Shown piece after piece: positions 35,367-45,667 of a stretch of 64,000 nucleotides of DNA. This DNA is from Deltaproteobacteria bacterium. GTDB taxonomy: Bacteria; Myxococcota_A; Polyangia; Polyangiales; JAFGIB01. The stretch spans positions 7,573-71,572 of the forward strand of contig JAFGIB010000456.1 of assembly GCA_016929805.1 (NCBI GenBank), written 5' to 3'. Position numbers and translations under genes: made by a program. The notes beneath the pieces were generated by a model. It searched no databases. It saw nothing but the letters and a program-made list of their open reading frames with translations, and was not told the origin of the DNA. How positions within the stretch are numbered: the first letter of the stretch is position 1; each line of letters begins with the position of its first letter.

Positions 35367-36374
35367 TCATCGCGTGCGTCGAATAGCCTGGAGTATATTG
35401 CGGCCGCCGCCTCCGGCCGCTCCGACTAGCGCCTTGCTGATTCTATCGCCATAGCGGATAAACCAGCCTTTTTCTTTGGAGCTTGGTCGGTATATCTCGA
35501 TTCCCCGCTGTTGCATGTTTGTTAGCAGATTGGCGTTGAGGGCTCGCACGGCAATGCGCTCGTCCTTCACGAGCTGATTCGGAATCCTTGCCAGAGACAC
35601 TTTGAGCCTTTCCGGAAGGCCGTCGAACCATTTCTTGGAATAGACCACTATTCCGGGCTGATACGAATGCTCGCTTAGCGTTAGGTGTTTTACCGAACGA
35701 TACCACGAGCTCGCGGCGGCTTCGACAGGCGTACTTTCGAAACCGTCTAGGGTACCGCGCCTAAGGTTTTCTCTTACTTCTGTTACGTTCATCTCTACCG
35801 CGGCTATCTCTAAAATGCGAAAGAGTTCCTGTTGCGCCTTATCCGCATGCCTGACGGGCAACCGTAGAGTTTTCAGATCTCCAGGTCTTCGAATCGGCCC
35901 TTGCTTGGTGAACCACGAACGAAAGCCGTACTCCGTCAACATGCTCAGAACGAACCCGCGGTCGGGCAGAAGGGACGCGAGTTGTTTACTTACCGGACCT
36001 TCAAGAGCGCGCGCGGCGTGCGCTTCGCCACTAAATAAATATGGCGCTTGCAAGACGCAGACCTCGGGAACCTTCTCGCAAAAGCAATCTGCCGTTCCGG
36101 CGAATACCTGAATCGTTCCGTTCAGGGTTCGTTCGACGAGCTTTTTGTCATCGCCGAGAGATCCACCCGTAAAAATCTTCACCCGGACCCATCCCTGGGT
36201 TTCTTTGGTGATAAAGCTCTTTAGGTCCAAGAGCTGTTTTTCTATAGGTGTCCCTTCAGGTGCGGTGGTCGCGATCTTGATTACAATATGATCCGCATTG
36301 ACGCGATCGTGCGTCGAGAGTTGACCGATTAGGGCGCTGATTGCGGTAATAATAACTGCGGCTTTACGCGTCAT
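35367..36374 (-). CDS. TRAP-transporter DctP-type periplasmic solute-binding protein
   Basis: ORF 35367..36485; the likely start is MTRKAAVIITAISALIG at 36374. IKIATTAPEGTPIEKQLLDLKSFITKETQGWVRVKIFTGGSLGDDKKLVERTLNGTIQVFAG is DctP-like. Confidence 0.8.
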   Translation of the reverse strand: MTRKAAVIITAISALIGQLSTHDRVNADHIVIKIATTAPEGTPIEKQLLDLKSFITKETQGWVRVKIFTGGSLGDDKKLVERTLNGTIQVFAGTADCFCEKVPEVCVLQAPYLFSGEAHAARALEGPVSKQLASLLPDRGFVLSMLTEYGFRSWFTKQGPIRRPGDLKTLRLPVRHADKAQQELFRILEIAAVEMNVTEVRENLRRGTLDGFESTPVEAAASSWYRSVKHLTLSEHSYQPGIVVYSKKWFDGLPERLKVSLARIPNQLVKDERIAVRALNANLLTNMQQRGIEIYRPSSKEKGWFIRYGDRISKALVGAAGGGGRNILQAIRRTR

Positions 36375-36381
36375 CGCTCTC

Positions 36382-37431
36382 TCATTCGAAAAGGTCGCTG
36401 GCTTGTTGAAAAAGTCTTTCAGCTTTTTGTTGGTATACCCGGTTTTCCGGCGCGGTGGACGGGTCATCATCCGGATTGGCTTCAAGTACCAATCTCAGCT
36501 GTGTTTCAAATGTTTGGCGATCTTGAGCCATGACCGCGTAGTCACGCGCGAAGGTATATCTGTTCGCCAGAAAGCGGGGAGCGATTTCCACCGCACGTTC
36601 GAAATGCAGCTTGGATTTCGCTAAGTTCTTATCGGCCGGCGAGAGCGGACGGGCGTAAAACGTGCCGAAATATCGATGCGGTCCGGCAAAATAATAGTGT
36701 TCGTCTCGATTCAAGCAGAGTGTCATTGACGCGGTTACGGCATGCTTATGGACGATTCTTTCCGCGTAACCGAGCATTCGCGCCCATTCGTCCATCATGG
36801 TTGAGCGCCAAAAAATCGACGGTACCGCGTTTGTCTCGACAAGCAGATCCACGTTGTGCTCGTTCTCCACTCCTTCTATCTGTTCGATCAAGCTCGGCGA
36901 CAAGAGCAAGAGAGCGTGTTCGGCTGCTTCTATACCCTGTTTAAGCATTTCGAATCGCGCGTTTCGTCGTTCATCTTCGCCATCCGCGTCTTCCGACGAA
37001 TCACATTCGCCGGTGCCGACTTCGAGAGGGGCAGATTCATTCGATCGCGGCTCGACCTCGCTTATGCTCGTTTTACGAACTCCGGCGTTCATCTGGTCGC
37101 CGTTGGCCGGGATCGGCGGGCTGATACAGAGCAGTTCAAGCCAAAAGGCGTGGGCTCTGGAAAGTCGATTCCAGGTATCGACATCGTTCGCATCGAGCGC
37201 TACGGCCCGGCGCCAATAAGCTATCGCTTCTTCCAACTGAAGGCGTTCGGTCCGTCGCGTCCATGCGCTCGCCGCTCGCGCCAGCAGCAGTTCTCTCTCC
37301 GACGGATGCCCGGTGGTCTTTTGCCGCACAAAGCTGGGACTTACGGCTTTCGCGTGAGGGCTCGAGTGAGCGCTTCCGCAGCTACAAATAGCAAGAGTAA
37401 AAAAGATGATCAGCAGCCCCCGATACCGCAC
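36382..37431 (-). CDS. TPR-like lipoprotein, probably TatT (TRAP T-component) family
   Basis: 349-aa ORF with lipobox FFTLAICSCG and a helical-repeat body. The C-terminus (APENRVYQQKAERLFQQASDLFE) and the adjacency to a TRAP binding protein recall TatT. Confidence 0.55.
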   Translation of the reverse strand: MRYRGLLIIFFTLAICSCGSAHSSPHAKAVSPSFVRQKTTGHPSERELLLARAASAWTRRTERLQLEEAIAYWRRAVALDANDVDTWNRLSRAHAFWLELLCISPPIPANGDQMNAGVRKTSISEVEPRSNESAPLEVGTGECDSSEDADGEDERRNARFEMLKQGIEAAEHALLLLSPSLIEQIEGVENEHNVDLLVETNAVPSIFWRSTMMDEWARMLGYAERIVHKHAVTASMTLCLNRDEHYYFAGPHRYFGTFYARPLSPADKNLAKSKLHFERAVEIAPRFLANRYTFARDYAVMAQDRQTFETQLRLVLEANPDDDPSTAPENRVYQQKAERLFQQASDLFE

Positions 37432-37470
37432 GAAAAAATCTCCTCTTACGTTCTACGAGAGGTTTGCCTT

Positions 37471-37652
37471 AGGACTCGCGTCAAAATAAATGTTGCGTTC
37501 GGCGCCCGGATTTAGTTCAGATTTGCCTCGAACCGATTTTGCGAAACCGGAGCAATAGCATCGCTATTTCGAGGAATTCGCGGAATCGGTTGGAAGCGAA
37601 TACGGCCTGAAGATGGGATGCTAAATGCAACATTTATTTTGATCCGAGTCCT
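37471..37652 (+). repeat. family-2 foldback repeat
   Basis: 182 bp. The termini are aggactcgcgtcaaaataaatgttgc and gcaacatttattttgatccgagtcct (inverted). The core is aaaccggagcaatagcatcgctatttcgagga. Confidence 0.75.
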
Positions 37653-38141
37653 TAAATAAGAAAAGTAACTACAAGCTCGGACGGTGTAAAAAAAACTGTT
37701 TATCTTTTCTAGCTATCGTAGCAGTGGTAAAGAGATGTGGAATTGCCGCGAATACGACCTCGAGCGCATTTGAGCCCGTCTCGCGGACGAGACGCTGCTT
37801 CATCCAAGTCGGGTAATTCGAGAAACGCAAGCGAGGTTTTTGCGAAGGATCGCATCGCGTCGAAACCTCGTTAGACGATTTCTAAAGGGTCCTTGGATCG
37901 ACTTTAAGAAGCCAATCGAGAGATCTAAAATGGGGTATCTACACGGGATGGGAACGCGGGGCGGTAAGCGATCGGCTAGCGGCGAAGGCCGCCCGACTTC
38001 GACCGCATCTCACGCCCTATAGGCGTTTGGTAGCGCGGTCGCGATAAATACTGTAATGGTTAGATCAATTGAATACCTGTACAGTGCTTGCCGACATCGC
38101 GTACCTGTGGTATTGAGCCTTCATAAATCGGGTCTGAGCCT

Positions 38142-38174
38142 GGTGGGCCTCCCGTTGGGTCCGCCTTTTTTTTT
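38142..38174 (+). terminator. intrinsic-terminator-like hairpin + T9 in the rimP-nusA-infB leader
   Basis: ggtgggcc-tcccgtt-gggtccgcc forms an 8-bp stem that includes G-U pairs. It is followed by ttttttttt and lies 50 bp upstream of the rimP ATG. No + strand CDS lies upstream. Confidence 0.6.
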
Positions 38175-38223
38175 GTCTTTTTCCTTAGTAAAGAGCTTTT
38201 GATAGTTCCCAATAAAGTAAGAA

Positions 38224-38715
38224 ATGTTGAACGATTCCGAAAGGTTACGGCTTTTATCGGAAATTATCTCAGCGGTCTGCCGTGCGCACGGCTTGGAGTT
38301 GGTCGACGCTCGTTTTTACAGTCAAAGAGGAATAATACTAAAGGTGATCATAGAACGTTTTCGATATGGAGAAGAGAGTTGGTCGTCGGGTGTATCGCTA
38401 GCGGACTGTCAAGCCGTCAGCCAGGACCTTTCAACGGCGTTGGACGTGCACGCGGAGTTGGCGCCGCCGGGAGAGTTCCACTTGGAAGTGAGCTCTCCTG
38501 GAATCGAGCGCCCTCTGTTCAAGCTAAAGGACTACGAGCGGTTTCAAGGCAGAGAGGTAAGAATACAGACGCTTGAGCTGATTCGAAACCGCAGGCGGTT
38601 TCAAGGAAGGCTGCTCGCGGTCGCGGGCGATGATATTCGAATTGAACAGGATGGTATTGAAGTAACAATTCCGTACACAAAGATCAAAAAGGCCAATCTC
38701 GTATACCGTTTCTAG
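38224..38715 (+). CDS. rimP: ribosome maturation factor RimP
   Basis: 163-aa ORF. The sequence is LLSEIISAVCRAHGLELVDARF...LEVSSPGIERPLFKLKDYERFQGREVRI. It occupies the conserved position upstream of nusA. Confidence 0.9.
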   Translation: MLNDSERLRLLSEIISAVCRAHGLELVDARFYSQRGIILKVIIERFRYGEESWSSGVSLADCQAVSQDLSTALDVHAELAPPGEFHLEVSSPGIERPLFKLKDYERFQGREVRIQTLELIRNRRRFQGRLLAVAGDDIRIEQDGIEVTIPYTKIKKANLVYRF

Positions 38716-38761
38716 TATGTATATCGGGGGATGTGAGAAAGGCCGTTTATGAGGTAGACCG

Positions 38762-40525
38762 ATGCAAGAGGTCACGCTTTCCCTTCAAAACATTGTCGAG
38801 CAGGTAGGTCGCGAGAAGGGGATCGATCCAAAGATCCTGATCGAAACCATGGAACAAGCGATTCTCACGGCGGCGAAGCGAACTTTCGGAGCAAACCGAG
38901 AGCTCGAGGCGCGTTTTAACGAGGAGGTCGGTCAAGTCGACTTGTTTCAATACATGATGGTGGTTGAGACCGTTAGCGACCCCGAGCGTGAAATCTCGTT
39001 AAAGGACGCCGTGAAGCTAGGTCTGGAAGCCGAGTTGGGAGAAGAGTTGGGATTCCAGATTTTTTATCTTAAAGAAGATGTAGATAAAGCCAATCAACAA
39101 GATAAGGAGTTCGGCGACCTTTTACGACTTCGTCAAGCTCGAAAAGGGTTCGGGCGCATCGCCGCGCAAACGGCGAAACAGGTGATTATACAACGCGTTC
39201 GAGACGCGGAGCGCGAGCTGATTTTCCATAAATATAGGGATCGTAGGGGCGAAATTATCACGGGAATCGTCCGGCGTTTCGAACGCGGGTCCAACTTGAT
39301 TGTCGACCTCGGTCGCACCGAGGCGATATTGCCGCAAAAACAGCAAACCCCGAGGGAGACATATCGACCGGGAGATCGAATCGTCGCGTTTTTGCTAGAT
39401 ATCGACCGCGAAGCGCGCGGCCCTCAAATCATTCTTTCCCGCACCGATGTTGGCTTGTTGGTCAAGCTGTTCGAAATGGAAGTTCCGGAGATCTATGAGG
39501 GAATCGTGCGCATCGTCGCGGCGGCGCGCGAACCCGGCGCGCGCTCGAAGATCGCGGTTAGCAGCCGCGATTCCGACGTTGACCCGGTTGGAGCCTGTGT
39601 CGGAATGAAGGGCTCGCGGGTGCAGGCCGTGGTTCAGGAGCTGCGCGGCGAAAAAATCGACATCGTCCCCTGGGATAGGGATCCGGCTCGCTTTGTCTGC
39701 AATGCCATTGCTCCGGCGGACGTGACGCGCGTTATCATTGACGAAGGCAACGGCTCAATGGAACTGGTGGTGCCGGACGATAAGCTGTCCCTCGCCATTG
39801 GGCGCCGCGGCCAAAACGTTCGCTTGGCTTCTCAGCTAACCGGTTGGAAACTCGATGTTATTGGTGAGACCAAGTTTAAGACTATGGAGCAAGAGGCGAT
39901 CGCCGGTTTGGCGTCTATTGAAAACGTTGGCGATCGCGAAGCGATAGCCCTTTATAAGCAAGGGTTCCGCACCCTGGACGAAGTTGCCGAGGCCTCGGAA
40001 CAAGAGCTGGTCAGCATTGACGGGCTTGGAGGAACCGAGCGGGTAACCTCGCTTAAGGCGCGTGCCGAGGAAGCGATGGAGAGGCTTCGCATACGGCGAA
40101 TCGAACAAGCGATATCGAATCCGATTGTATTGACGGACAGGGATATTCTGCTTTTTATTCGCGGAATAACTCCGCGCATTGTCGAACTTTTGTCGAGCGC
40201 GGGATACCGAAGCGTACAGGAGTTATATCAGGAGGAGGACATCGACCGGCTCGCTATAAAGACCGGTTTGGGAATGAAGAGAGCCAAGCTTATTCGAGAG
40301 GGCATTGTAGAATACATGGAAAACGAAGCGGAACGAGTAGAGGCGGGACAGCGAGTGGCTAGAGAACGAGCAGCAGAAGCGCGTAGGAACTACGAACGAG
40401 ACGGAAGCGAATCGTCGTTCGAGGCTTTATCAACCGAAGCGGCTAAGCCAAACCGAGAGGTTGCTTTGTCGGATAACCCCGAGGCATCGGCGTCGGAGCC
40501 CGGCGACGATGAACAGACCGTTTAA
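38762..40525 (+). CDS. nusA: transcription termination/antitermination factor NusA (long form with C-terminal HhH repeats and an acidic tail)
   Basis: 587-aa [34 protein letters not shown] is present. The S1 region is [29 protein letters not shown]. The KH regions include [25 protein letters not shown] and [22 protein letters not shown]. Confidence 0.95.
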   Translation: MQEVTLSLQNIVEQVGREKGIDPKILIETMEQAILTAAKRTFGANRELEARFNEEVGQVDLFQYMMVVETVSDPEREISLKDAVKLGLEAELGEELGFQIFYLKEDVDKANQQDKEFGDLLRLRQARKGFGRIAAQTAKQVIIQRVRDAERELIFHKYRDRRGEIITGIVRRFERGSNLIVDLGRTEAILPQKQQTPRETYRPGDRIVAFLLDIDREARGPQIILSRTDVGLLVKLFEMEVPEIYEGIVRIVAAAREPGARSKIAVSSRDSDVDPVGACVGMKGSRVQAVVQELRGEKIDIVPWDRDPARFVCNAIAPADVTRVIIDEGNGSMELVVPDDKLSLAIGRRGQNVRLASQLTGWKLDVIGETKFKTMEQEAIAGLASIENVGDREAIALYKQGFRTLDEVAEASEQELVSIDGLGGTERVTSLKARAEEAMERLRIRRIEQAISNPIVLTDRDILLFIRGITPRIVELLSSAGYRSVQELYQEEDIDRLAIKTGLGMKRAKLIREGIVEYMENEAERVEAGQRVARERAAEARRNYERDGSESSFEALSTEAAKPNREVALSDNPEASASEPGDDEQTV

Positions 40526-40542
40526 GGAGAGCTATAACCGAG

Positions 40543-41139
40543 ATGGATCGAACGGTTCGAAACGCCGAAATACGTACGTGCGCGGGGTGTCGACAAAAAG
40601 AGGGTCGCGACGCACTGCTACGTTTGGTCGTCTCAGGAGATCCGCCTCGCGTTGTACCGGATGTTCGAGGATGCGCGCCGGGAAGAGGCGTTTCGGTTCA
40701 TCCGAGGCGTCGTTGCGTGCAGCAGATGCTACGCGGGAATCGCGTTCAACGAGCGTTTAGGCGAGGAGTGATATCACCGTCGGTTGATAATATTGTTACG
40801 GAGGCGCTCAACCAGTATTGCCGACGGATCGAGCAGTTACTTTTAGCTGCCCGGCGCAATCGCCGAATCGCGGTAGCAAGAGACGCGGTCGATAAAGCGA
40901 TCGGCGGACATTCCGTTGAGCTCATAATTGAAGCGGTCGACGCAAGCGAGCGACATCAACCGAGTTCAAACGCGATAGCACGCCGCGGAATACGGAGTGT
41001 TGTTTTTGGTTCAGAAGAGAGTTACGGAAGGCTTTTCGGCCGAGGAGCTGTAGGAGTGTTGGCGATTCTCGACCGGGGCATAGCCGAATCGATCGTGGAC
41101 GCGATCGAAAGGTGTGCAAAGCTTGCGGAGGATTCATGA
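40543..41139 (+). CDS. fused YlxR (DUF448) RNA-binding domain + L7Ae/YlxQ-like domain
   Basis: 198-aa ORF. The N-terminus is RTCAGCRQKEGRDALLRLV...APGRGVSVHP. The C-terminus is LLLAARRNRRIAVARDAVDKAI..HSVELIIEAVDASE...VVFGSEESYGRLFGRGAVGVLAILD. The stop overlaps the infB ATG (ATGA). Confidence 0.8.
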   Translation: MDRTVRNAEIRTCAGCRQKEGRDALLRLVVSGDPPRVVPDVRGCAPGRGVSVHPRRRCVQQMLRGNRVQRAFRRGVISPSVDNIVTEALNQYCRRIEQLLLAARRNRRIAVARDAVDKAIGGHSVELIIEAVDASERHQPSSNAIARRGIRSVVFGSEESYGRLFGRGAVGVLAILDRGIAESIVDAIERCAKLAEDS

Positions 41140-43841
41140 ACAAGATCCGCGTATATGAAGTGGCGAGAGAACTAGGTCTCGAGAATCGCGAGCTTCTCTC
41201 GAGAATCGCGTCGTTGGGAATTCAGGTTCGAAATCACATGAGTTCGCTTGAGCCCGGCGACTTGGATCGAGTGAAGCGAGCTTTGGAAAAGGAAAAACAG
41301 CAGAACATCGTCGAGGAGCGTATTCGACCCACGGTGGTTCGCAGACGGATTGTCGGACGAGCTAAGCCGGTTAAGGAACCGGAGGTTCCGATAACCGTTT
41401 CAGAACAACGACTTTCTATCGTTCAACCGAAACCGACCGAAGAAGCGGTAAAGCCCGCGGTAAAGGCTCCAAAGACTTCACAAACGGCTGCAAAGACGAA
41501 GGCCGCGAAAGAAGCGGAAGCGGCTGTTAAACCGAAGCAAATCGCTAAGGCAGGAGAACGCAGACCCGCTAAGACCGCAGTCGCGGAACCTCAGCCGGTC
41601 GCGTTGGCGCCAATAGCTTCGGCGGATACCCAGCCGATAGAAGAGGAGAGGGAGGTAGAAGGGCGCGTCGAGAAACCAAAGAGGCAACCGATGGAGCAAC
41701 CTCCGGTTCTTATCGCCTTGGAAGCGGAATCCGCCTTCGTATCGAAGGATATTCCGACGCAGCCGCCGTCCTATGAGGAGCGACTGGGGGCAAAAGCGCT
41801 TCCGCCCGGAGTCGTGGCGCGCGGCAAGCAAGTCGGTCTAAAAGCAGCTCCTCTAACGGCTGAAGAGCGTTCTCGGATCGTTTCAGAGCACGCTGAACAA
41901 AGACGCGCGGTCGAATCTCCCGTTACCGCGCCGCCGCGGCGTCGCGAGTTGGCGCGCGCTGCTATCGGACCGACTGGAAGACAGCAACAAAAGGTTAGGC
42001 CGGGACGGCCGGGACGCGCGAAAAAACCAGCTCCCGGAAAAAAGGCGCTCAAGACCGAATTGACCACGCCGAGCGCTCAGAAGCGCGTGATTCGCATTGA
42101 AGATCAAATCGGTTTGCAGACGTTGGCCCAACGCATGTCGCTTAAAGCGACCGAAGTGTTGATGAAGTTGATGCAACTCGGAATGACCGGCGTGATGATA
42201 AACAGCACGATTGACGCGGATACGGCTAAAATCGTCGCGAGCGAGTTTGGTTTTGAAGTAGAAAATGTCGCGGTGAGCTACGACGAATTTATCAGTGAAG
42301 CACGCGGAAAGTACGAAGACGACAAGGAAGCGCGAGTCGCGCGTCCGCCGATCATAACGGTGATGGGTCACGTGGATCACGGCAAGACATCCCTGCTCGA
42401 TAAGATCCGCAAGACCAATGTCGCCGCCAAGGAGTCTGGAGGCATCACGCAGCATTTAGGCGCGTATCGCGTGGATACCAAGAAAGGTACGGTCGTCTTT
42501 CTCGACACGCCCGGGCACGCCGCATTCACCGCCATGCGTACTCGCGGCGCTCAAGCGACGGATGTCGTGATCTTGGTGGTCGCGGCGGACGACGGCGTTA
42601 TGCCGCAGACAAAAGAAGCCATCAACCATGCGCGCGCGGCCAACGTACCGATAGTGGTCGCGATTAATAAGATCGACAAACCGGACGCGCGGCCGGATGT
42701 GGTGATGCGAGATCTCGCCAACCTCGGTTTACAGCCGGAAGAGTGGGGCGGCCAGACGATTTGCGTCAAGGTTTCGGCGGTAACCGGAGAAGGTATCGAT
42801 ACGCTGTTGGATAACATGGTTCTTCAAGCTGAGGTCCTCGAGCTAATGGCGAATCCGAACATCCCCGCTCAGGGGGTTGTTCTCGAATCGTACGTAGACA
42901 AGGGTCGCGGCCCGGTAGCGAACTTGTTGGTTCGAGACGGAATGCTCAAAACCGGCAGTTTCATCGTTGCCGGCGGTGCTTTTGGTAAGATTCGAGCGAT
43001 GACCGATGACCGGGGCAAGCAGATTTCGAAGGCCGGCCCGGCGACGCCGGTAGAGGTGCTCGGATTGTCGGAAATTCCGGATGCCGGGGATACGTTCGAC
43101 GTCGTGACTGACGCGAAAGTCGCTCAACAGGTCGCCGAAAGAAGGAAAGCGGCGGTAGGCAAATCCGCGGTCGGAACCACTTCAAGGATAGCCCTCGATC
43201 AATTGCTCAACAAGATGAGAGAGAGCGAGCTCAAAGAGCTCAATTTGGTTATCAAGTCGGACGTGCAAGGCTCTTCGGAAGCGTTGGCGAAAGCGTTATC
43301 CGATATCTCCTCGACGAAAGTAAAGGTCAATATTATTCACAGTGGGGTGGGAGGCATTACCGAAAGCGACATCATGCTGGCTTCCGCGTCCAACGCTATC
43401 GTTATCGGTTTTCGCGTCCGTCCCACCGGAGGCGCGATAAAGGTCTCGAAGTCCGAGCGTGTCGAGATCCGCACCTATAATGTCATCTACGAAGCGATCG
43501 ATGACGTAGCGGTGGCTATGACCGGGCTACTGAAACCTGAGCTGATTGAGAAGGCTGTCGGCCGGGCTGAGGTACGCCAGGTATTCAACCTCGCCAAGGG
43601 CAAGATCGCGGGATGCTTCGTCGCGGATGGGAAAATCATACGATCAGGCAAAGTGCGTTTGGTGCGCGATTCGGTGCAGGTCTGGGAAGGTACGATTAAA
43701 TCGTTGAAGCGAGTCAGGGAAGACGTTAGAGAGGTCGCCTCCGGTCTCGAATGCGGCGTTGGTCTCGAGAACTTCCACGATATCAAAGAAAACGACATAA
43801 TAGAGTGTTTTGAGGTTGAAGAGATCGCGGTTAGTTTGTAG
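41136..43841 (+). CDS. infB: translation initiation factor IF-2
   Basis: ORF 41112..43841; I prefer the ATG at 41136 ([14 protein letters not shown]). The G domain is [30 protein letters not shown] and AINKIDK. The C-terminal domains are conserved. Confidence 0.95.
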   Translation: MNKIRVYEVARELGLENRELLSRIASLGIQVRNHMSSLEPGDLDRVKRALEKEKQQNIVEERIRPTVVRRRIVGRAKPVKEPEVPITVSEQRLSIVQPKPTEEAVKPAVKAPKTSQTAAKTKAAKEAEAAVKPKQIAKAGERRPAKTAVAEPQPVALAPIASADTQPIEEEREVEGRVEKPKRQPMEQPPVLIALEAESAFVSKDIPTQPPSYEERLGAKALPPGVVARGKQVGLKAAPLTAEERSRIVSEHAEQRRAVESPVTAPPRRRELARAAIGPTGRQQQKVRPGRPGRAKKPAPGKKALKTELTTPSAQKRVIRIEDQIGLQTLAQRMSLKATEVLMKLMQLGMTGVMINSTIDADTAKIVASEFGFEVENVAVSYDEFISEARGKYEDDKEARVARPPIITVMGHVDHGKTSLLDKIRKTNVAAKESGGITQHLGAYRVDTKKGTVVFLDTPGHAAFTAMRTRGAQATDVVILVVAADDGVMPQTKEAINHARAANVPIVVAINKIDKPDARPDVVMRDLANLGLQPEEWGGQTICVKVSAVTGEGIDTLLDNMVLQAEVLELMANPNIPAQGVVLESYVDKGRGPVANLLVRDGMLKTGSFIVAGGAFGKIRAMTDDRGKQISKAGPATPVEVLGLSEIPDAGDTFDVVTDAKVAQQVAERRKAAVGKSAVGTTSRIALDQLLNKMRESELKELNLVIKSDVQGSSEALAKALSDISSTKVKVNIIHSGVGGITESDIMLASASNAIVIGFRVRPTGGAIKVSKSERVEIRTYNVIYEAIDDVAVAMTGLLKPELIEKAVGRAEVRQVFNLAKGKIAGCFVADGKIIRSGKVRLVRDSVQVWEGTIKSLKRVREDVREVASGLECGVGLENFHDIKENDIIECFEVEEIAVSL

Positions 43842-43868
43842 CCAAGGCAAAATCGAAGAGTCGAATTC

Positions 43869-44216
43869 ATGATCGTCGGAGTATGCCGAATTGCGCTGAT
43901 ATTGCCGGGAAACGATTCTCTCAAGGGTAAACGGGCGGTGGTACGTCGAATCGTGGATCGAACGCGCAGCCGTTTCAATGTCGCGGCGGCCGAAATCGAA
44001 GATATGGATGTGAAACGTCGGGCGGTTATCGGTTTTGTGGTGGTTTCGAACGATAGCCGGCATGCGAACTCGATGTTGGATAATATCGCTTCATTTGTCT
44101 TGGATATAAGCGATGCCGTGATAGTCGATCAACAGATGAAAATCGTACGAATCGGCGACGAAATGCGAAACGGTTCCGCGTCCTGGTCCGTCAATCAAAA
44201 GAAATTTTACGAGTGA
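43869..44216 (+). CDS. DUF503 (YlxP-like) protein
   Basis: 115-aa ORF. MIVGVCRIALILPGNDSLKGKRAVVRRIVDRTRSRFNVAAAEIEDMD is typical of DUF503. It sits between infB and rbfA. Confidence 0.8.
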   Translation: MIVGVCRIALILPGNDSLKGKRAVVRRIVDRTRSRFNVAAAEIEDMDVKRRAVIGFVVVSNDSRHANSMLDNIASFVLDISDAVIVDQQMKIVRIGDEMRNGSASWSVNQKKFYE

Positions 44217-44590
44217 TGTCTCTTGACGCCGCAAGACGATTAACTCGGGTGGGAGAACGGGTTAGGACCGAGTTGATGCAGCTATTGCTTCGCGGATCGG
44301 TACGCGATCCAGGAGTGGAAGGTGTTTTTATCTCGGATGTGAGAATGAGCAAGGACTTACGTTACGCGAGGATATACGTGCGCCTGACTGGATGTCAAAC
44401 GAGCGACCATGAGCGGCTGAATACGATTAGAGCGTTGACGCGAGCATCGGGGTTTTTACGAAGAGAATTGGCTCCGCGTCTCAAGCTTAGAAATGTGCCC
44501 GAGCTGAAATTCGTTTGGGACGAGCAAGTCGATCGCGCGCTTCGCATCGATACTTTGCTAGAAGAAATCCGTCGCGAGAAAGAGCAATAA
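44213..44590 (+). CDS. rbfA: ribosome-binding factor A
   Basis: 125-aa ORF. The sequence is RVGERVRTELMQLLLRG.VRDP......ISDVRMSKDLRYARIYV. The start overlaps the upstream stop by 4 nt. Confidence 0.9.
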   Translation: MMSLDAARRLTRVGERVRTELMQLLLRGSVRDPGVEGVFISDVRMSKDLRYARIYVRLTGCQTSDHERLNTIRALTRASGFLRRELAPRLKLRNVPELKFVWDEQVDRALRIDTLLEEIRREKEQ

Positions 44591-44615
44591 TAGCCGTTAA
44601 TAATGGGAAGGACCG

Positions 44616-45551
44616 ATGGCGAAAAGAGCAACGTCGGCAAGACACGGATTCATATTGGTCGATAAGCCCCGTGGTCCGACCTCGCATGATATGGTGCTCA
44701 TGGTGAGGCGCGTGCTCGCCGGCGGGTCGGTGGGTCACGCGGGAACCTTGGATCCGATGGCGACCGGCCTGCTTGTTTTAGCCGTTGGTCAAGCGACCAA
44801 GCTGCTTCAGTTTGTGACTCTAGAAGACAAGGAATATCAAGCGACGATAACCTTGGGCAGCGAGACGGACACTCTCGACGCGGAGGGTAAGGTGATCAAG
44901 CTGGCGCAGCCTCCCGAGGACTTATCGCGGGAACGAGTCGAAGAGCGGGCGCGGCGATTTATTGGTACGATTAGACAGCGTCCCCCAACTATCAGCGCGA
45001 TCAAGCGAAACGGGATACCGCTATATCGGCGTGCGCTCAGGGGGGAACGCGTCGAGGCGCCGTTGAGAGAGGTCGTGGTTCACGATTTGCGTATTTTGGA
45101 TGTCCGTGGGAGCGAGATCGATCTCCACGTGCGCTGCGGTAAGGGGTTTTACCTGCGCGCGTTCGCGCGAGATCTCGCTCTCGCGTTGGGCACGGTCGGT
45201 CACCTGAGCGCATTACGGAGGACGCGGATTGGGCCGTTTACCGTCGATCAAGCGCGGGTTATCGGCGAATTTAGAGCTGCTGAAACAGATGGCGCACTAA
45301 GAGCAGCGCTACGAGAGAAGCTTATCCCGCTTGTAGATGCGTGTCGCGGCATGAAGCTGCTGGTTTTATCTGAAGAAGCTTGTCAGCACGCGTTTCATGG
45401 AAGACCGGTTCAAATATCGCAGATATGCGACGGCTCGCTTTCGGAATCCGATCGAGGATTAGCGGCGCTTTTAAACCAGCAACAACAACTCGTGGCCGTT
45501 GCGCGAATCTTCGAAACAGAGCTTCGGGTGATTCGCGGCTTCAGGTATTGA
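44616..45551 (+). CDS. truB: tRNA pseudouridine-55 synthase TruB
   Basis: 311-aa ORF. Motifs are GFILVDKPRGPTSHDMV, GHAGTLDPMATGLLVLAVGQATKL and PPTISAIKRNGIPLY. Confidence 0.95.
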   Translation: MAKRATSARHGFILVDKPRGPTSHDMVLMVRRVLAGGSVGHAGTLDPMATGLLVLAVGQATKLLQFVTLEDKEYQATITLGSETDTLDAEGKVIKLAQPPEDLSRERVEERARRFIGTIRQRPPTISAIKRNGIPLYRRALRGERVEAPLREVVVHDLRILDVRGSEIDLHVRCGKGFYLRAFARDLALALGTVGHLSALRRTRIGPFTVDQARVIGEFRAAETDGALRAALREKLIPLVDACRGMKLLVLSEEACQHAFHGRPVQISQICDGSLSESDRGLAALLNQQQQLVAVARIFETELRVIRGFRY

Positions 45552-45617
45552 CTCCGCGCCCTGCTAGATCGCTCTCGGAGTGCAACAAGAAAAGCGAGAG
45601 GCGCTCGATTTGCACCG

Positions 45618-45667
45618 TTTTTCGCTGGCGAAAGCGGTTTACGCCGACGGAGTTTTTGCTAGGTTTA
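45618..45667 (-). repeat. family-1 left-arm fragment, head-to-head with the next copy
   Basis: tttttcgctggcgaaagcggtttacgccgacggagtttttgctaggttta is the reverse complement of the left arm and abuts the forward copy. Confidence 0.65.

Noticed and set aside
36856-37515. 219-aa + strand ORF
   Set aside because: It is antisense to the TatT-like lipoprotein gene, which has a lipobox and a helical-repeat signature. The + strand translation has no motifs.
37653-38223. A tRNA-Met (metY-like) gene upstream of rimP, as in E. coli
   Set aside because: I could not find an acceptor stem, anticodon arm or T-loop (GTTCGAATC-like) pattern. Only the terminator-like hairpin is supported.
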